The notes under the pieces are model-generated. The model ran no database searches and was not told where the DNA came from. It worked only from the letters and a program-made list of their open reading frames with translations. A stretch of DNA of 64,000 nt from Oopsacas minuta (taxonomy: Eukaryota; Animalia; Porifera): assembly GCA_024704765.1 (NCBI GenBank), contig JAKMXF010000233.1:310001-374000 (forward strand). Direction: 5' to 3'. A program made the position numbers and the translations under genes. This document shows positions 60,297 through 64,000 of the stretch, in pieces; positions within the stretch are counted from its first letter, which is position 1; every line of letters begins with the position of its first letter.

Positions 60297-61421
60297 ATGG
60301 CAAATGCTAACTCCGGCGACCATTCCCAAAGCATAACGGTATCACAGACCGAAAATATCGAAATATATTTTAATTCGAAAGATATCATCCCAAAATTTCA
60401 GGAGATGGCTATGCTGTTTGACAAAGCTATTGATATCATCGACGGTCCATTTGGTATGCTGAATACTACTAAGCAAATAAAATTGGGTGATAGAATGGCC
60501 GGTAATAATGGCGTGATTGATTTGAAAGCGTTTCTAGAAGTGCTGAAAGGAATATATTCTGATCTTAATAAGGGTATTAAGTATGTATCTCGTATGAATG
60601 AATTGAAAAGGAGAATCGAAAAAATGATCAAAAAGCAAGTTTGGAAGTCTAAACTGAACGAATTGCCGCCGGACGAGTTTAACTTATCGACCATACTATT
60701 GAAGAAATTAAAGCAATACGGTGCTATATATGGCACAGGCGTACTTGTGGGTGGAGCTACCGCGGGGTTCACTATTGGGGCGGCACTTGCATGCCTTTTT
60801 AGCTTAGCGATCGCGTGTTTGAACTCAATTTGCTGTCTTTTCAGTGGTGTATTTGCATTAACGGTCGTGGGTGTCGGCGTAGGAACAGGGATTGGTTTAT
60901 TAGGCGTTTGGGTTTATAACGCTTATAGAATTGGAGAAAAGCGGAACGAATCATTTTTAGCATTTCGAGATCTCCAGAGACATATTGATGAAACTAATCT
61001 TAGATACGAACTGAGAAATTTAGTCCAAACCTTGAAGAATTATTGTGAAGGGATAATTGGAGTAGCGAGACTTGGCTCAAGCTTGGATGGATTAAGTCCC
61101 GATACAACAATAGGAAGTATTAGATCAACTTTGACTGAGAATGGGAGACATAGGGATTCTATTACTGATTTATATAGAATTACTCCACCTACGCAAAAGT
61201 CTGACTCCGGGTTAATAGTTGAATATACTGAGTTGTACAAGGCGAAGATGACCGAATTCGAACAGAACGTAACGGACTTACCGAAGGAAACACGCAAGTT
61301 AATTGCAATAGGAGTAATTGAGGATAGATGTAAGGAAAGATTGAGGAATCTTGGACATAGTGATGAAGTAATTCAAGATTTCATCAATCATAAATTGATG
61401 CCAAAGATTAATCTACTTTGA
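60297..61421 (+). CDS. Hypothetical 374-aa protein: helical N-terminus, about 70-aa Gly/Ala-rich hydrophobic hairpin, helical C-terminus
   Basis: Long intact ATG ORF in AT-rich DNA; hydrophobic segment GAIYGTGVLVGGATAGFTIGAALACLF..FALTVVGVGVGTGIGLLGVWVY; acceptor-like AG at 60274. No family recognised. Confidence 0.75.
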   Translation: MANANSGDHSQSITVSQTENIEIYFNSKDIIPKFQEMAMLFDKAIDIIDGPFGMLNTTKQIKLGDRMAGNNGVIDLKAFLEVLKGIYSDLNKGIKYVSRMNELKRRIEKMIKKQVWKSKLNELPPDEFNLSTILLKKLKQYGAIYGTGVLVGGATAGFTIGAALACLFSLAIACLNSICCLFSGVFALTVVGVGVGTGIGLLGVWVYNAYRIGEKRNESFLAFRDLQRHIDETNLRYELRNLVQTLKNYCEGIIGVARLGSSLDGLSPDTTIGSIRSTLTENGRHRDSITDLYRITPPTQKSDSGLIVEYTELYKAKMTEFEQNVTDLPKETRKLIAIGVIEDRCKERLRNLGHSDEVIQDFINHKLMPKINLL

Positions 61422-62287
61422 ATTAATGTTTCTGATGGAATCTCCCCCTGGGGGAGAGGGGGGGGGGCATATATTCTATTTTGCTTGCTTTTTGTTGGAT
61501 AGTTGTTATGTATTTAACAATCGTATTTGAAAATATATTTCACATTGCATAAGATAAGAAAATTATTGACTCTTTCGCGATACTCATGATGATATTGTGA
61601 TCAGGGATAGGAGTATTTTGGGGGATGTAATGTGTTTGGTTTAACGTTGCATATCCCAGCTTAGTGATAATTGCCCCCGCATGTATAATATTCAAAATAT
61701 GATCTGTATTGAGGGTGGCGCATTCCAAAAGCATTTACATGAAAATATTTATCCATATTTGATATCTTGCCATATTACAGTCAACTCATCGAGGTAATTA
61801 TTGAGGTCTCTGAGTTTAGAGATAACGGGAGTTGAGTGTATTTGAATTCACTTTCTTTGTTATTTGATCTTTAATTAACACCATCCGAACTTTTATTAAT
61901 CAACAAGCATTACAGTCCAATTGTGTGAATAACTGGGGCCTCATTTCTAAGCATTGTTATCTAATTGTTTACAATAAACAGTTCTATTGTTCTTATACAA
62001 TATATTTGAAATGGTTTGGGATGCCACTTAGACATTCCATTGCCACGTAAGTTAAAATTTCTACTTATCAAATTCCTTAGTTATTACTGAATCACTATAG
62101 TTACCATCTGTATACTCAGGAATGTAGTCTACTACACCATTCAAAGCTTGGTATCCATGGTGATATTTATTTATTGCCCTAAGATTCTTCTATAAAAGAT
62201 TCTATGCTTATTATTCAGAATTTTTGAATTGAATTTACATACACTTTATTTTGTAAATATATTGTGTATATACATATTTAGTGTTAG

Positions 62288-63534
62288 TTCCACATTGTGA
62301 TGGTTTCGACTCTCTTACAAATGAATTCTGTTTTTTCTGATTCTATTCGAAACCCGTCTGAATTGCATGCTATTTTACATGAAACAAGATCTGACGAAAA
62401 TGAAGAGGAATTGCATAGTGTAAGTTATTTTGTTTGTTTTCTACGGAAGTCTTTCATTTTGTATTTTCGATACCCTCGAAATTCTGAGAGTATTGGACAT
62501 ATTAGCCCCCTTTACAAAATTTGCTGTAAATTTACTGAATATGAAGCACACTTCACTGTTTGTTTGTTGTTTCGTAACTGTGTAAGTATTTGATGCTTAA
62601 TGCCCTCTGAATTTGAGAGTATTTCCATACAGTATTCACTGCTCAATCCCAAATTGGCATTTAGTTATTTTCACACTTTTACTATTACGTAAAATTGGGT
62701 TTTCCATATCCAATTATGAGAATGTTGAGCCTATTTTCGGATCAGATTCTCTCTTACTGAATCCTTTCCAGGATAAGATGGTTTCTCTTATAACCAAGAT
62801 TGAGTTTAAAATTTGTAATCTAGAATTTATAGATCAAATAAACCACAATTTGATTTAGTCTATTTTCCAAATTTACAGCCATTTTGTATATTTCCGTTGA
62901 AGTCTAACAATTATAATAGGATTTCTGTTGCCATTGTCTAGTTTTCATTCACTGACTTTAGCGAAGCATGTTTGAAATTCTTTGCATTTTAGAATATGTT
63001 GTTTGCATTCAATGTAGGCTTTCTTTCCAAACAAAAGAATTCATTGAATTTGCTAAGAATATTTCAAGAATTTGAATTTGTTGCAAGCAACTTTTTGACT
63101 TTTCCATTTCTTGTCATATTGCGTGTTTTTCAGAATTTATAATCTGCAGATAATGTTCGGACATTTCTGGAATTTATTGACCTTATAAGTACTGCATTTC
63201 TAAAGAGGTTGTATACAAGAATCACTGCTGAGATAATCCCTAAAATGGCTTATACATAAATACCACTGTACCATCTGCGTAACTAGGATAGGTTAATCCT
63301 TATAGACATGTTCGCATGTTATCTATCCATCAACGCTGTATCCCCCAGAGTGGACTCCAGGAGCGAAATCTTGGAATATTTTGATTTGTAATTGATTCAT
63401 AATTTCTTACCAATTTACATACTATTCAATAACAAAAGTTTTAACATTCTATTTCTCTTTAGAAAGAACTTTTGAAACTACTCAAAGAATCACCTCTACC
63501 CTATGACTCTGATATCATCGGTATCACTCAAAGG
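62288..63534 (+). other. Exon-like fragments of a possible spliced gene or pseudogene
   Basis: Open segments bounded by AG/GT, e.g. 62288-62419 (..RNPSELHAILHETRSDENEEELHS|GTAAGT) and 63463-63534 (KELLKLLKESPLPYDSDIIGITQR|GTAAGT). I could not join them into one consistent frame. Confidence 0.25.
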
Positions 63535-64000
63535 GTAAGTTCACACTTTCTATTTCAAAATACAATTTCTAATGTTCTATTATTGGAATCTAAGTAACAT
63601 ATATGTCATCGGTGACATCGAACTCCGCTTATATTGAAGTAATTATCACTGACCCCTGAACTTCGATATAGCAGCAGTTAATTGTATGTATAAAATGATT
63701 GAAAATTAGTTAAAATAAGGCCACACTTTTGAAATAAGTATTCGTGATGGAATTCTATGATATTATTACTTTCTCGTTCCCAATCATGCGATGACTTTCC
63801 TAGCATTCACCGTAAATTCACATTGCTTTTTTACAATACTTTATTCAATACAGATGCCATAAATTGCACTAATCCAATTAGAGAGTGAAGAGACACTTTT
63901 CTGTTGTGCAATATGCCACATGACACCTCAAGTTTGACCTTTGAGTAATCCGATCTGTAAGAAATCTCTGAAATCATTTTTGAGCATATTCCTGATAACA

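Overview
AT-rich eukaryotic (metazoan) genomic DNA with compact spliced genes; no prokaryotic features, tRNA, rRNA or CRISPR arrays seen. The compact layout and gene content suggest a small-genome invertebrate such as a sponge, but the organism cannot be fixed from this sequence. Host genes, in order: 3' part of a plasma-membrane Ca2+-ATPase (PMCA/ATP2B, +, to 10127), RBM15/Spenito (+), KXD1 (+), a NHERF/EBP50-like PDZ protein (-), a 117-aa orphan ORF (+), ANKMY1 (+), a 57-exon inner-arm dynein heavy chain most like DNAH12 (+, 26716-51639), a SOWAH ankyrin protein (+), TCERG1 with an expanded Pro-rich repeat (+) and a 374-aa unknown protein with a Gly-rich hydrophobic hairpin (+). Five genes are nested in introns: two CD225/IFITM-like paralogs and ATG5 (antisense, in PMCA); an intronless DAPP1-like SH2-PH gene (same strand) and an 80-aa PPxY membrane micro-protein (antisense), both in the dynein. 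Introns and spacers carry at least four MITE families. Splicing is unusual: about a quarter of donors are GTT-type, (GTTT)n tracts cluster at dynein splice sites, and one GC-AG intron is likely. All assignments come from manual translation and remembered family motifs; no database search was run.
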